Assembly (NCBI GenBank): GCA_964498125.1
Contig: CAZCGE010000134.1
Coordinates: 88,724-152,723, forward strand
DNA: 64,000 bases
Source: an uncultured Devosia sp.
Lineage (GTDB): Bacteria > Pseudomonadota > Alphaproteobacteria > Rhizobiales > Hyphomicrobiaceae
Direction of reading: 5' to 3'
The notes under the pieces are model-generated. The model was not told the origin of the DNA, ran no database searches, and saw nothing but the letters and a program-made list of their open reading frames with translations. Each line of letters starts with the position of its first letter. Position 1 is the stretch's first letter. The translations under genes were made by a program, and so were the position numbers. Below are positions 47,257 to 58,023 of the stretch, in pieces.

Positions 47257-47585
47257 ATGGCGATGCTCACCATCTCCCGGGTCGATGCCCGAACCCTGTC
47301 CAGCCGAAATGCGCTGAGCATTCTCATAGCAGGAATGATCCCGGCGGTTACACTCGATCGCAGGCGTGGCCACCGGGCAGATGCGCATTTCCCCTGCTCG
47401 GATTTGACCTGGCAGCCTTGCTCGGACCACGCCCTGCTCTGTCCTTCAGCTTCCGGGGTCGAACTGCCGCGGGCATCGAGCCACGGTTGATGAATCGCCG
47501 CAACCTTGCTTGGCCGGCTTGCCCGGCGGCCCGTGTCATGGTCCTGTAGCAGGCCCGCTGCCTGATCCGGCCTGGCAACTGGGCA

Positions 47586-49778
47586 ATGGAGCAGCAGATG
47601 GCCAGCGCACGCAGCAGATCGACGGACAAGGCACAGACCACCAAGGCCGATCCGCCACAGGGCCCGGCACGATATTACAATCGCGAGTTGTCCTGGCTGC
47701 AATTCAACCGGCGCGTTTTGCAAGAGGCGCAAAACCCCAGCCACCCGGTGCTCGAGCGGCTGCGCTTCCTGTCGATTTCAGCCACCAATCTCGATGAATT
47801 CTACATGGTGCGCGCGGCCGGCATCTATGGCCAGATCGCAGCAGGCGTGACGACGCCGAGCATGGACGGTCTGACGCCGGCCCAACAGCTGGCGCAGATC
47901 AACGAATTCGTCGCCGGCCTGGTGGACGAGAAGCAGGCCTGCTGGAGGGTGCTCAAGTCGGAGTTGGCGAACGCGGATATGCATATTGTCGAGGCCGCGG
48001 ACCTGCGCGCCGGGGAGATCGCCTGGCTGGACAGCTACAAGAATCAGATCTTTCCGATCCTGACACCGATTGCCGTCGATCCCGCCCATCCATTCCCGTT
48101 CATTCTCAACAAGGGCCTGACGCTGGCCGTCGAGATGACACGGGCGCGAGACGGCAGGGCAATGAACGCGCTGATCCCAATTCCGGCACAGCTCGATCGC
48201 TTCGTGCGCCTGCCACCGTCGGGACCAAATCCCACCGAACGGCGCTTCATCCGCCTCGAATCACTGATCGGGCAGTTCATCGCGGAGCTGTTCTCGGGCT
48301 TCAAGATCAAGAGCCACGGTGCCTTCCGTGTGCTCCGCGACAGTGACATCGAGATGCAGGAGGAGGCCGAAGATCTGGTCCGTACGTTCGAAACGCTGTT
48401 GAAGCGCCGGCGGCGCGGCAACGTCATCCGGCTCGAAATCGAAGCGGACATGCCCAAACGCTTGCGGAAATTCGTCATCGACGAACTCGAAGTCAGCGCG
48501 CACTCGGTGTTCGTCAAGGACGGCCTGCTGGGCCTGACCGACACGCAGCAGATCATCGTTTCAGACCGGCCCGAGCTTGTTTTTCGACCCTACGACAGCC
48601 GCTTTCCCGAGCGCATCCGCGACTTCGGCGGCGATTGTTTCGCGGCGATCCGCGCCAAGGATATTATCGTCCACCACCCATACGAGTCCTTCGACGTGGT
48701 TGTGCAATTCCTGCGCCAGGCTGCCGCCGACCCCAACGTCATGGCGATCAAATGGACGCTGTATCGCACGTCGAAAGACAGTCCGATCATCCAACTGCTG
48801 AAGGAGGCCGTCGAGGCCGGCAAGTCGGTCACGGCCGTGGTCGAGTTGAAGGCGCGTTTCGACGAGGCCGCCAACATCCGCTGGGCACGTGATCTGGAAA
48901 GCGTCGGCGTGCACGTCGTCTATGGCTTCATCGAGCTCAAGACGCATGCCAAGCTCGGGCTGGTGGTGCGCCGCGATGGCCACGAGATCACCACCTATTG
49001 CCACATCGGCACCGGCAACTACCACCCGCAGACGGCGCGCATTTACACGGATCTGTCCTTGTTCACGACGGACCCGGCGATTGCGCGCGACGTCACCAAG
49101 GTTCTCAATTTCGTGACGGGCTACGGCCAACCGGGCGAGCTCGAAGTGATGGCGGCAAGTCCCAATGGCATCCGCCAGTTGATACTCAAGCACATCGATG
49201 AGGAAATCACCCACGCCAAGTCCGGCCGGCCGGCGGCCGTCTGGATGAAGCTCAACGCGCTTGTCGATACGCAGATCATCGAGAAACTCTACGCAGCGAG
49301 CCAAGCTGGCGTTGAAATCGACATCGTTGTGCGTGGCATTTGTTGCCTCAGGCCGGGTGTGCCAGGCATGTCGGACAATATCCGCGCCAAAAGCATCATT
49401 GGCCGATTTCTCGAGCACGCGCGCATCTATTGTTTCGGCGGCGGCGAAGACCTTCCTTCGCCCAAGGCCGCCATCTACATCAGCTCGGCCGATATGATGC
49501 AGCGCAACCTGGATCGGCGAGTCGAGGCCATGGTGCCGATCAGCAACGCCACGGTTCACGAACAGGTGCTGAATCAGATAATGGTGGCAAACCTCAAGGA
49601 CAACCAGCAGAGCTGGCGTATCAAGGCGGACGGCTCATCGGTGCGAATCGAGCCTAAAGCCGGCGAGGAGCCCTTCAATGCCCACAGATATTTCATGACC
49701 AATCCCAGCCTTTCGGGCCGGGGGCAGGCGCTGAAGGAAAGCCCGCCGCCCAGTTTCAGCCTGCCGCACACGGATTGA
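47586..49778 (+). CDS. ppk: Polyphosphate kinase 1
   Basis: The 730 aa product contains ...[21 protein letters not shown]...[17 protein letters not shown]... and a C-terminal PLD-like domain. Confidence 0.95.
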   Translation: MEQQMASARSRSTDKAQTTKADPPQGPARYYNRELSWLQFNRRVLQEAQNPSHPVLERLRFLSISATNLDEFYMVRAAGIYGQIAAGVTTPSMDGLTPAQQLAQINEFVAGLVDEKQACWRVLKSELANADMHIVEAADLRAGEIAWLDSYKNQIFPILTPIAVDPAHPFPFILNKGLTLAVEMTRARDGRAMNALIPIPAQLDRFVRLPPSGPNPTERRFIRLESLIGQFIAELFSGFKIKSHGAFRVLRDSDIEMQEEAEDLVRTFETLLKRRRRGNVIRLEIEADMPKRLRKFVIDELEVSAHSVFVKDGLLGLTDTQQIIVSDRPELVFRPYDSRFPERIRDFGGDCFAAIRAKDIIVHHPYESFDVVVQFLRQAAADPNVMAIKWTLYRTSKDSPIIQLLKEAVEAGKSVTAVVELKARFDEAANIRWARDLESVGVHVVYGFIELKTHAKLGLVVRRDGHEITTYCHIGTGNYHPQTARIYTDLSLFTTDPAIARDVTKVLNFVTGYGQPGELEVMAASPNGIRQLILKHIDEEITHAKSGRPAAVWMKLNALVDTQIIEKLYAASQAGVEIDIVVRGICCLRPGVPGMSDNIRAKSIIGRFLEHARIYCFGGGEDLPSPKAAIYISSADMMQRNLDRRVEAMVPISNATVHEQVLNQIMVANLKDNQQSWRIKADGSSVRIEPKAGEEPFNAHRYFMTNPSLSGRGQALKESPPPSFSLPHTD

Positions 49779-49788
49779 GTGAGGCCCC

Positions 49789-51330
49789 GTGAACGACACC
49801 GTAAAGCGCGACGAAACCCGCGGCTCGCAAACCGAGCTTGCGCCGATCGCCGTCATCGATATTGGCTCGAACTCCGTTCGCCTGGTGATTTACGAGGGCG
49901 CCATTCGCGCCTCCGCACCACTCTTCAACGAGAAAGTCCTGTGCGGACTTGGCCGGTCGGTGGCATCCACGGGCCGGCTCGGCGCGGACGGCATCGGCCA
50001 CGCGCTGGCGACGCTCAAGCGGTTCAAGGCCATCATCACGTTGTTGGGCGTCGGCAGCACGCGCATTCTGGCCACCGCCGCTGTGCGGGACGCCGAGGAT
50101 GGGCAGACATTCATCGCACTTGCCGAACAGATCTGCGGCACCCCGATTGAAGTGCTGTCGGGCGAGCGCGAGGCCGAACTGGCCGCCAAGGGCGTAATGA
50201 TGGGCTTCCACAATGCCGATGGCTTGGTCGGCGATCTCGGCGGCGGTAGCCTCGAATTGATCGATGTCGGCAACGAGAGTTTTAGGCAGGCCGCCACGCT
50301 GGCGCTCGGAGGGTTGCGACTGATCGATGAGACGGGCGACCGCATCGATCGGGCCATCGACATCGTCGATGAGCGCTTGAGCCGGATCAATTGGATTGCC
50401 AAGGGCCGTGGCCGCACCTTCTTCGCCGTCGGCGGTGCCTGGCGGGCGCTGGCGCGGATGCATATGGAGCAGACGCGGTATCCGCTGCGGGTGATGCAGG
50501 GTTATGCCATCACCACGCGGGGGGCCATCGAGTGCTGTGAAATGGTTCGGCGCGCGCGCAAGTTGTCGTCGCTGGCCGGCATCGAGGACATCGCCAAACC
50601 GCGACGCGAGGTGCTGCCGTACGGCGCGCTCGTCTTGGAGCGCCTGTTGCGGCGCATCGAGCCCAAGCAGGTTGTCTTTTCCGTATTCGGCATCCGCGAA
50701 GGCTTGCTGATGGAGCTGCTGCCGCCTGCCGAGCGCGACAAAGATCCGCTGCTGTCATTCTGCGAATTTTATGCACAGCAGCGCTCGCGCAGCCCCGGCC
50801 ACGGCCTCGAGCTGGCACAGTGGACGGATGCGCTGTTTGCCGCGCCCGGCCCCACGGAAACGGCCGATGAGCGACGGCTGCGTCACGCGGCCTGCATCAT
50901 CGCCGACATCGGCTGGCGGGCGCATCCGGATTATCGCGGCGAGCAAAGCCTCAACGTGGTGGCCCACGCAGGTCTCACCGGCATCGACCACCCTGGCCGC
51001 GTTTTCCTCGCCTTGACGGTCTACTTCCGGCACGCTGGCGCCGGCGAGGACAAGGGCGAGGAACTGTCCGTGCGCATGAAGGAGATGGTCTCCCGCCACA
51101 GCCTGAAGCGGGCGCGGATCGTGGGCGCGGCCATCCGCGCCGCCCACATGCTGTCGATTGGCCGCAGCGGCGTCATTCTCAACGCGCCACTGAGCTACCA
51201 GCCCGGCCGCCTGGTCCTGACCATCCCCGCGAGCCTTGCTGCGCTCGAAGGCGAGCGGTTGCGGCGCCGTTTCGAGGCGCTGGCCCGGCTGCTCGACCGC
51301 ACCCCCGACATCAAGATTGCGCGGCGTTAG
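49789..51330 (+). CDS. ppx: Exopolyphosphatase / guanosine pentaphosphate phosphohydrolase (Ppx/GppA)
   Basis: The product contains IAVIDIGSNSVRLVIYEG, then ...DLGGGSLELIDV.... It lies 10 bp after ppk. Confidence 0.9.
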   Translation: MNDTVKRDETRGSQTELAPIAVIDIGSNSVRLVIYEGAIRASAPLFNEKVLCGLGRSVASTGRLGADGIGHALATLKRFKAIITLLGVGSTRILATAAVRDAEDGQTFIALAEQICGTPIEVLSGEREAELAAKGVMMGFHNADGLVGDLGGGSLELIDVGNESFRQAATLALGGLRLIDETGDRIDRAIDIVDERLSRINWIAKGRGRTFFAVGGAWRALARMHMEQTRYPLRVMQGYAITTRGAIECCEMVRRARKLSSLAGIEDIAKPRREVLPYGALVLERLLRRIEPKQVVFSVFGIREGLLMELLPPAERDKDPLLSFCEFYAQQRSRSPGHGLELAQWTDALFAAPGPTETADERRLRHAACIIADIGWRAHPDYRGEQSLNVVAHAGLTGIDHPGRVFLALTVYFRHAGAGEDKGEELSVRMKEMVSRHSLKRARIVGAAIRAAHMLSIGRSGVILNAPLSYQPGRLVLTIPASLAALEGERLRRRFEALARLLDRTPDIKIARR

Positions 51331-51416
51331 CCCCGAACTGTGAAATCCAACCCACCGCCGCCACAATTTGGGTACAATGAGGCCCGAACGACCGCCGGTC
51401 TCACAGGATCCCACCG

Positions 51417-52322
51417 ATGGCCGAAGACCCTTATGCCGTACTGGGCGTAGCGCGAAACGCCTCGGACGAGGATATTCGCCGCGCTTTTCGCAGACTCGCC
51501 AAGGAATGCCACCCCGACCTGCATCCCGCTAACGCGACGGCTGCCGACCGGTTCAAGCGCCTGACCGGGGCCAACGACGTCGTCGGCGACCCTGTCAAGC
51601 GCCGCCAGTACGACCGGGGCGAGATCGATGCCTCCGGCGAGCCGCGCCGTGCCTATACGCATGCCTATTCCGGCCCGCGCGGCGGCCCACGCACCGCCCG
51701 GCCGGGCTCTCCGGAAGACGTCGACTTTGGCGACATCTTTTCGGATTTTTTCAGCAGCCAACGCGCCGGCCGCGCCGGTGCCTTTGCCGCCCGTGGCCAG
51801 GACGTGCGCTATACCCTCGAAGTGGAATTCACCGAGGCTGTCATTGGCGCCAAGAAACGGGTCACCATGCCCGACGGCGGAACGCTGGACCTCACGGTGC
51901 CCGAGGGCGTCATCGATGGCCAGGTTCTGCGCCTTAAGGGCAAGGGCGCCCTGGGCCTGCGCGGCGGCGAGGCAGGCGATGCGCTGGTCGAGATCAAGGT
52001 GCGGCTGCACCCGCAGTTCAAGCGCGTCGACAATGACATCGCTATCGAAGTGCCGATTACGATCGACGAGGCTGTTCTCGGCGGCAAGATCGAAGTGCCG
52101 ACCATATCTGGTCGGGTCCAACTGACGCTACCCAAGGGTACGAGCTCAGGCAAAGTCTTCCGCTTGCGCGGCAAGGGCGTGCGCAACGTTGCAGCGGGGA
52201 CGACAGGTGATCAACTCGTCAGTGTCCGCATCTCAATGCCGGAAACGATCGACGATTCGCTGTCTTACTTCTTTTCCGAATGGCGCCAGAAGCACCGCTA
52301 CGATCCGGGGCGCGGCGAGTAA
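51417..52322 (+). CDS. cbpA: DnaJ-class chaperone / curved-DNA-binding protein CbpA-like (J-domain plus two C-terminal beta domains, no zinc finger)
   Basis: The product begins MAEDPYAVLGVARNASDEDIRRAFRRLAKECHPDLHP. Confidence 0.85.
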   Translation: MAEDPYAVLGVARNASDEDIRRAFRRLAKECHPDLHPANATAADRFKRLTGANDVVGDPVKRRQYDRGEIDASGEPRRAYTHAYSGPRGGPRTARPGSPEDVDFGDIFSDFFSSQRAGRAGAFAARGQDVRYTLEVEFTEAVIGAKKRVTMPDGGTLDLTVPEGVIDGQVLRLKGKGALGLRGGEAGDALVEIKVRLHPQFKRVDNDIAIEVPITIDEAVLGGKIEVPTISGRVQLTLPKGTSSGKVFRLRGKGVRNVAAGTTGDQLVSVRISMPETIDDSLSYFFSEWRQKHRYDPGRGE

Positions 52323-52343
52323 ACATCGCGCACTGTGTGATCG

Positions 52344-52529
52344 GGGTCTGAAACGAAAGAAACGCGCCAAGACCTCGGTGCCGGGCAAACTCCCCAGGTC
52401 CACCTATGCACATTCCCCTGCTTTTGGAATGTTACGTTATAACGTTGCATATCTGAAGGCAGGGGTTGCAATTGCATCGGCGGGCGACTGCTTTCGTCAT
52501 CGAGGGTCAGCACAGCTGGTGTTTGGCTG
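52344..52529. repeat. 186-bp non-coding intergenic element, copy B (paralogue of 4215-4400)
   Basis: Same length and orientation as copy A. Contains the palindrome ACGTTATAACGT. Lies between the cbpA stop and the convergent benzoate-CoA ligase stop. Short CATCGC repeats flank it. Confidence 0.8.
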
Positions 52530-52549
52530 GCATCGCTCAGCCGGCAACT

Positions 52550-54121
52550 TCACCCCTCCTCCCTGAGTTTGAAACGCTGGATCTTGCCGGTTGCTGTCTT
52601 CGGCAGCTCGCTGCGGATCTCGACCCAGCGCGGGTATTTCCATGCACCTGCCGCGGATTTGACATGCTCCTTGAGCTCCTCGATCAGCGCATCGTCGCCC
52701 GCGGCGCCCGCTTTCAGCACGATGAAGGCCTTGGGCTTGAGCAGGCCATCGGTGTCGGCCTTGCCGATCACGGCCGCCTCCTGCACCGCTGCATGCGTCA
52801 GCAGCGCCGACTCGACCTCGAAGGGCGAGACCCAGATGCCGCTGACCTTGAACATGTCGTCGGTGCGGCCGCAGTAGACGTAGTTGCCGGCCTCGTCGCA
52901 GCGGTATTTGTCGCCGGTGTGGGTCCATTCGCCGGCGAACGTGGCGCGGCTCTTGTCGCGCTGGTTCCAGTAGCCTTCAGCCGCGGACGGCCCGCGAACC
53001 AGCAACTCGCCGATCTCGCCGTCGGGCGCGGGGCTGCCGTCGTCGAGCACGATGCGCGCATCATAGCCGGGCACGGGTTTACCGGACGTGCCATAGGCCA
53101 CCTTGCCAGACCGGTTCGAAACAAAAATGTGCAGCATTTCGGTGGAGCCGATGCCATCGATCACTTCGGTGCCAACCTTGTGCTGCCAGCGCTGGCCGAT
53201 ATCGGCGGGCAGCGCCTCGCCGGCCGAGGTCGTCAGCCGGAGCCGCGATGAACCTGCGCCCTTGCCGAGCGCCGGGCTGGCCAGCATGGCGCCGAGCAGG
53301 GTTGGAACGCCGCAGAAGATGGTCGGGTTGGTGGCCTGCATGCGCGCCATGACGCTGTCGGGCGTCGGGCGATCCGGCAGCAGAACGGCAGTGGCGCCGA
53401 CCGCCATGGGAAACGACATGGCATTGCCAAGACCGTAGGCGAAGAACAGCTTGGCGGCGGAGAAGACGACATCGTCGCTCATGAAGCCAAGCACGCCCAC
53501 CCCGAACAGGCGCGCGGTCGCCATCGGGCTCGAATGCACATGGCGGGCGCCCTTGGGGCTCCCCGTCGAGCCCGAGGAATAGAGCCAGAATGCCACTTCG
53601 TCGGCATGTGTAGCGGCGGCTTTGGCCAGCGGTGGACTGCCGGCCAGCAGCGCATCGAGGCCAAGCGCCACATCACTGCCTGGTCCGCCAACGATGATCA
53701 CGTGCAGGTGCCGGATCTTGGCGATGTCGGCGAGCGCCGGCGCCGCCTTTTCGTAGAGTTGGGCCGACACAATGACCGCTTCGGCGCGGCTGTCCTCGAT
53801 CAGAAAACGCCACTGCTCGGCAGCCATCAGCGTGTTGATGGGAACGGGAATGACACCGGCCTTGATCGCGCCCCAGAAGACGACGGGGAAATCGACGGTA
53901 TCCAGCATGATCTGCACGATGCGCCGCTCACGGCTGATACCCAGACGGGGAAGCGCGTTGGCGAAACGGTCACAGCGCTCCTGCAGCTCGCCATAGGTGA
54001 GCGTGCGCACGGGATCGATGAAAGCGGGCTTGCCCCCCCGGCCCTCTGCGACGTTGCGATCGACGAAATCGACGGCGGCGTTATAAGGCCCGGTCGGGCG
54101 CGTCCACGTGATCTGGCCCAT
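52550..54121 (-). CDS. Aromatic acid-CoA ligase (benzoate / 4-hydroxybenzoate-CoA ligase family, AMP-forming)
   Basis: AMP-binding motifs LYSSGSTGSPKGARH, ...YGTSG... and ...TGDKYRCDEAGNYVYCGRTDDMFKVSG. It lies downstream of the liv-type ABC transporter and box genes. Confidence 0.9.
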   Translation of the reverse strand: MGQITWTRPTGPYNAAVDFVDRNVAEGRGGKPAFIDPVRTLTYGELQERCDRFANALPRLGISRERRIVQIMLDTVDFPVVFWGAIKAGVIPVPINTLMAAEQWRFLIEDSRAEAVIVSAQLYEKAAPALADIAKIRHLHVIIVGGPGSDVALGLDALLAGSPPLAKAAATHADEVAFWLYSSGSTGSPKGARHVHSSPMATARLFGVGVLGFMSDDVVFSAAKLFFAYGLGNAMSFPMAVGATAVLLPDRPTPDSVMARMQATNPTIFCGVPTLLGAMLASPALGKGAGSSRLRLTTSAGEALPADIGQRWQHKVGTEVIDGIGSTEMLHIFVSNRSGKVAYGTSGKPVPGYDARIVLDDGSPAPDGEIGELLVRGPSAAEGYWNQRDKSRATFAGEWTHTGDKYRCDEAGNYVYCGRTDDMFKVSGIWVSPFEVESALLTHAAVQEAAVIGKADTDGLLKPKAFIVLKAGAAGDDALIEELKEHVKSAAGAWKYPRWVEIRSELPKTATGKIQRFKLREEG

Positions 54122-54185
54122 GTCTGTCGTCCTCCCGTTCCATCTCTTGGCGATGGCATTGTCGGGTCTCCTTCGTCGACCCGAC

Positions 54186-54920
54186 CTACACCCCCAACAG
54201 CCGGTGCATCAGGTCGGGCTCGGCCCGCAAGGTCGCCGGCGTGCCGGCGAAGGCGACCTCGCCTTTGACCAGGACAATGACTCGATTGGCAAGGCCGGCC
54301 AAGGCCTCGACATTCTTGTCGACGATCAATGTGGCGATGCCCGAAGCGCGAATCAGGCCGATTGTCCGCCAGATTTCGTTGCGAACGATGGGCGCCAGGC
54401 CTTCCGTGGCCTCGTCCAGGATCAGCAGTCCCGGATTGGTGAGCAGTGCCCGGCCTATGGCGAGCATCTGCTGCTCGCCTCCCGACAGCTGATCGCCGCC
54501 GTTATCGAGGCGCTCGGCCAAGCGCGGAAACAGCTCCAGCACGCGCGCAATCGTCCACTCGCGGCGTCCACCCTCTGGCACGCGCTCGGCAATCTCCAGG
54601 TTTTCACGCACGCTGAGCGTGGCGAAGATCCCGCGCCCCTCGGGCACATAGGCCAACCCGCGCCCGGCGATGCGGTAAGTCGCCTCGTTGGTCACATCCC
54701 TGCCTCTGATCCGCACCTCACCCTGGCGCGGTCGAACCAAGCCCATGACAGTGCGAATGAGCGTGGTCTTGCCCATGCCGTTGCGACCCATCAGGGCCAC
54801 CGTCTCCCCGGCGCCGATTTCGATCGTCACGCCGCGCAGGATGTGGCTCCGGCCGTAGTAGGTGTGCAGATCGCGAACAGCGACCAGAGGTGGCGCGCTG
54901 GGGTCTGTTGCCGCCGTCAT
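54186..54920 (-). CDS. livF: ABC transporter ATP-binding protein, LivF family
   Basis: The ATG at 54920 gives a 244 aa product with Walker A GRNGMGKTT and signature LSGGEQQMLAIGRAL. The 590 aa six-frame ORF is read-through into livG antisense. Confidence 0.9.
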   Translation of the reverse strand: MTAATDPSAPPLVAVRDLHTYYGRSHILRGVTIEIGAGETVALMGRNGMGKTTLIRTVMGLVRPRQGEVRIRGRDVTNEATYRIAGRGLAYVPEGRGIFATLSVRENLEIAERVPEGGRREWTIARVLELFPRLAERLDNGGDQLSGGEQQMLAIGRALLTNPGLLILDEATEGLAPIVRNEIWRTIGLIRASGIATLIVDKNVEALAGLANRVIVLVKGEVAFAGTPATLRAEPDLMHRLLGV

Positions 54921-55675
54921 GCCCGCCCCCCGAGGTAGGCACGCTGCACCTGCGCGTTGGCGCGGATCGCGGCCGGGGCACCGCTGGCCAGCACCGCGCC
55001 GTCGACCATCACCGTCATGGTATCGGCGACGCGGAACACGGCATCCATGTCGTGCTCGATCAGCAGCACGGCGTGATCGGCGGCGAGCTTGCGAATGAGC
55101 GTCGCCATCTCGATGCTTTCTTCGCTGCCCATGCCGGCCAGCGGCTCGTCCAGCAACAGCACCTTCGGCTGCGTGGCCAGCGCCATGGCGATCTCGAGCT
55201 GGCGCTGGGCGCCGTGCGACAGCGCCTCGGCGGGTCGCTCGTGCAGCCATTGCAGGCCAACCCTGTGCAGCGCGGCTTTGGCGTGCTCGACCAAATCGAG
55301 CCTGCTGTCGGCACGCGCCATCAAACCACCCGCTGCCTTGCGCGCCTGGGCCGCCAGGCGGGCGTTTTCCAGCACAGTCAGGCTCGGAAAGATATTGGTG
55401 CGCTGGTACGAGCGGCCAATGCCGAGCGCCGCGCGCCGCCACACCGGCTCGTGCGTCACGTCGCGGCCATCGAGCAGGATGCTGCCCGCACTCGGCGCCA
55501 GATCGCCCGACAGCAGATTGATCAATGTCGACTTGCCGGCGCCATTCGGGCCAATGACGCAATGCAGCTCGCCGACCCTCAGCGCCATCGACACGTCGCG
55601 CACGGCGTGCAGGCCGCCGAAGCGACGGCCAAGACCGCGGGTTTCGAGGACGGGGGGCGTGGCGGAGGCGGTCAT
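54917..55675 (-). CDS. livG: ABC transporter ATP-binding protein, LivG family
   Basis: The ATG at 55675 gives a product with Walker A GPNGAGKSTLINLL, signature LSHGAQRQLEIAMAL and Walker B LLLDEP. Confidence 0.9.
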   Translation of the reverse strand: MTASATPPVLETRGLGRRFGGLHAVRDVSMALRVGELHCVIGPNGAGKSTLINLLSGDLAPSAGSILLDGRDVTHEPVWRRAALGIGRSYQRTNIFPSLTVLENARLAAQARKAAGGLMARADSRLDLVEHAKAALHRVGLQWLHERPAEALSHGAQRQLEIAMALATQPKVLLLDEPLAGMGSEESIEMATLIRKLAADHAVLLIEHDMDAVFRVADTMTVMVDGAVLASGAPAAIRANAQVQRAYLGGRA

Positions 55676-55954
55676 GACCTCCTCCCATGGCGCCCGGCAT
55701 TGGCTGCGCTCTCGCGACAATTAGCCATCGCGGCAACACGTGCTGCCAACGTCGGGACCATGCCGCGTCCCCAATTTCCATCATGGCCGCGGAGGCGGCC
55801 ACCCAGGACAAGCCTCGAAAAGTGCGGTGGCGCGGGCTGAACAACGAGGTTGAGACGGAACACCAGGATTTCGTCAGCAGTATCCCTGCCGCATGGCTGG
55901 GTGGCCGCCTCCGCGGCCATGACGACGAGGAGGAAGTTGTGGCTCTTGGCGGCC

Positions 55955-56989
55955 TCAATCACCGGAGGCCTCCCCTTGGGATCGAGGGGCATCCGCATTA
56001 TCAGAACCGAATCCGACACCCTCTTTCGGCTCGGCCAGCCCCATCCAGCGCGGCAACCTCAACCCGGCCAGCCCTTTCGGCATGACCAGCACCACGACGA
56101 GAATGACCACCCCCTCGACCAGCAGCTTGCGCTCGGTGATGAGCTGGCTGGCCTCGCCCAGACCGACGAAAGCGAGCGCGCCCAGAATGGGCCCATGCAG
56201 ACTACCGAGACCGCCAAGCAGAATCATCAGCAGCGCCTCGGCCGAGCGGTGCCAGGAGACCAGCTCGGGGTTCACAAAGCCGCGGTGCATCGCCCACATG
56301 TGGCCGGCAACACCTGCCAGCGCGCCGGCGATGACGAAGGCGGCAAGCTTGTAGCGCGTCGTGTTGTAGCCGAGCGCGCGCATGCGGTGCTCGTTGACGC
56401 AGATGCCCTGCAGGACATGCCCGAACAGCGAACGCATCAGGCCCACCAAGACCAAATACATCGCTGCCAGTAGCGCGAGATTCACATAGAACACGGCAAC
56501 GGGAATCTGCCGCCGCGTCAGCGGCAGGCTCCAACCGAATGCCGCGAGCTGCGGGCGCGCCAGATAGGCCCCGTCCGTGCCACCACCAAGCTTGGTGTCG
56601 TGAAACAGGAAGAACACCATCTGGCCGAAGGCGAGCGTCACCATCAGGAAGAAAAAACCGCGCGTCCTGAGTGACAGTGCACCGACGATCAGCGCGGCGA
56701 TGGCCGCCGCCACCACGGCGGCCGGCAAGGTGATCAGAACGGACAGGCCGCTGTCGGCCGGCGTGATGGAATAAACCGTGTAGGCGGCAATCCCGTAGAA
56801 GGCGGCATGGCCGAGACTGACGAGCCCCGTGCAACCGACCAACAGTTGCAGGCTCAAGGCCAGCATTGCCGCGATCAGGGCCGTGCTGCCAAGCTCGACG
56901 TAATAGGGACGCGCGAAGACAGGCACGAGCCCGAGCAGGAGCGCGCCGGCCGCGAGAAGACCCCAGTGCATCTTTGATGCCGGCAGCAT
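55955..56989 (-). CDS. livM: Branched-chain-type ABC transporter permease, LivM family
   Basis: The 344 aa polytopic protein reads ...GHAAFYGIAAYTV.... Confidence 0.85.
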   Translation of the reverse strand: MLPASKMHWGLLAAGALLLGLVPVFARPYYVELGSTALIAAMLALSLQLLVGCTGLVSLGHAAFYGIAAYTVYSITPADSGLSVLITLPAAVVAAAIAALIVGALSLRTRGFFFLMVTLAFGQMVFFLFHDTKLGGGTDGAYLARPQLAAFGWSLPLTRRQIPVAVFYVNLALLAAMYLVLVGLMRSLFGHVLQGICVNEHRMRALGYNTTRYKLAAFVIAGALAGVAGHMWAMHRGFVNPELVSWHRSAEALLMILLGGLGSLHGPILGALAFVGLGEASQLITERKLLVEGVVILVVVLVMPKGLAGLRLPRWMGLAEPKEGVGFGSDNADAPRSQGEASGD

Positions 56990-57008
56990 GGGGCCTCAAG
57001 TCCTCGCC

Positions 57009-57881
57009 TCAGTTTGTCCGCCGGCCAAACAACCCGGCAGGCCGCCACAGCAAGACGGCTGCCATCAGCACATAGACCGCCAATCCCGCGCCCTTTGGTA
57101 CCAGCACCTTGCCCAGCGTGTCGACGACGCCGATCAGCAGTGCCGCCCAGAACGCGCCGGCGATCGAGCCCAGCCCGCCGATGACGACGACGACGAAGGA
57201 AATGATCAGGAAGCCGTCGCCCATGTTCGGATAGACCGAGTAGAGCGGGGCCGCCAGCACGCCGGCCATCATGGCCAGCGCCGTGCCGATGGCGAAGACA
57301 ACGAGGTAGATGCGGCGCGCGTCGATGCCGAGGATGTCGACCATCTCCGGCTTCTCGGATGCCGCCCGAATGACGGCGCCGAGCTTGGTGCGCTCGATCC
57401 ACAAGAACAGCCCCGCCGCCAACGCCAGACAAAAACCGATGACGAAGAAGCGATAGGCCGAATAGCTGAATCCCGCCGTGACCGGCACCGAGAAATCGAG
57501 CGCCGCCGGCACCGGCACGGAGTGGAAATCGTTGCCGACCAGGAACGATCGCGTTTCCTCGAACAGCAAGATCAGCGCGAACGTCAGCAGCACTTGGTCG
57601 AGATGCTCGCGCTTGTAGAACTGGCGGAACAGGAAACGCTCCAGAACCAGGCCAAGGGCGATGCCGGCGATGATGCCAACCGGCAAGGCCAGCCAGATGC
57701 TGCCGAAATGTTTGGTCACGAGAAACGCCGCATAGGCGCCGATCATGAACAGGCTGCCATGCGCCAGATTGATGATCCCCAGCACGCCGAAGATGAGCGT
57801 CAGCCCACTGGCGATCAGGAACAGCAGCAGGCCGTACTGCACGCCGTTGAGCAACTGTGTGGCGAAGCCGGCGAGGGTCAT
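57009..57881 (-). CDS. livH: Branched-chain-type ABC transporter permease, LivH family
   Basis: The 290 aa product begins MTLAGFATQLLNGVQYGLLLFLIASGLTLIFGVLGIINLAHG. Confidence 0.9.
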   Translation of the reverse strand: MTLAGFATQLLNGVQYGLLLFLIASGLTLIFGVLGIINLAHGSLFMIGAYAAFLVTKHFGSIWLALPVGIIAGIALGLVLERFLFRQFYKREHLDQVLLTFALILLFEETRSFLVGNDFHSVPVPAALDFSVPVTAGFSYSAYRFFVIGFCLALAAGLFLWIERTKLGAVIRAASEKPEMVDILGIDARRIYLVVFAIGTALAMMAGVLAAPLYSVYPNMGDGFLIISFVVVVIGGLGSIAGAFWAALLIGVVDTLGKVLVPKGAGLAVYVLMAAVLLWRPAGLFGRRTN

Positions 57882-57916
57882 GGTGCCAGGAAGCGTGAGT
57901 GGTGAGTGGTGGAAGT

Positions 57917-58008
57917 GCAGTGGGATGTCGGAAATCGGAATTCAGAAGTCGGAAACCATACGGTACTCGAATTTCCGATTTCCGACTTCCGATTTCCCAC
58001 TGCACTGC
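57917..58008. promoter_or_regulatory. ~92-bp imperfect palindrome with heptamer repeats (TCGGAAA / TTTCCGA) between livK and livH
   Basis: Left arm GCAGTGGGATGTCGGAAATCGGAATTCAGAAGTCGGAAACC. Right arm TCGAATTTCCGATTTCCGACTTCCGATTTCCCACTGCACTGC. It lies inside the operon, directly downstream of the binding-protein gene. Confidence 0.55.
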
Positions 58009-58023
58009 ACGTCACGCCTGCAC

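Noticed and set aside
54921-55958. Upstream part of the 590 aa minus-strand ORF
   Set aside because: Out-of-frame read-through across livG. The true livF starts at 54920, where the conserved ABC N-terminus begins.
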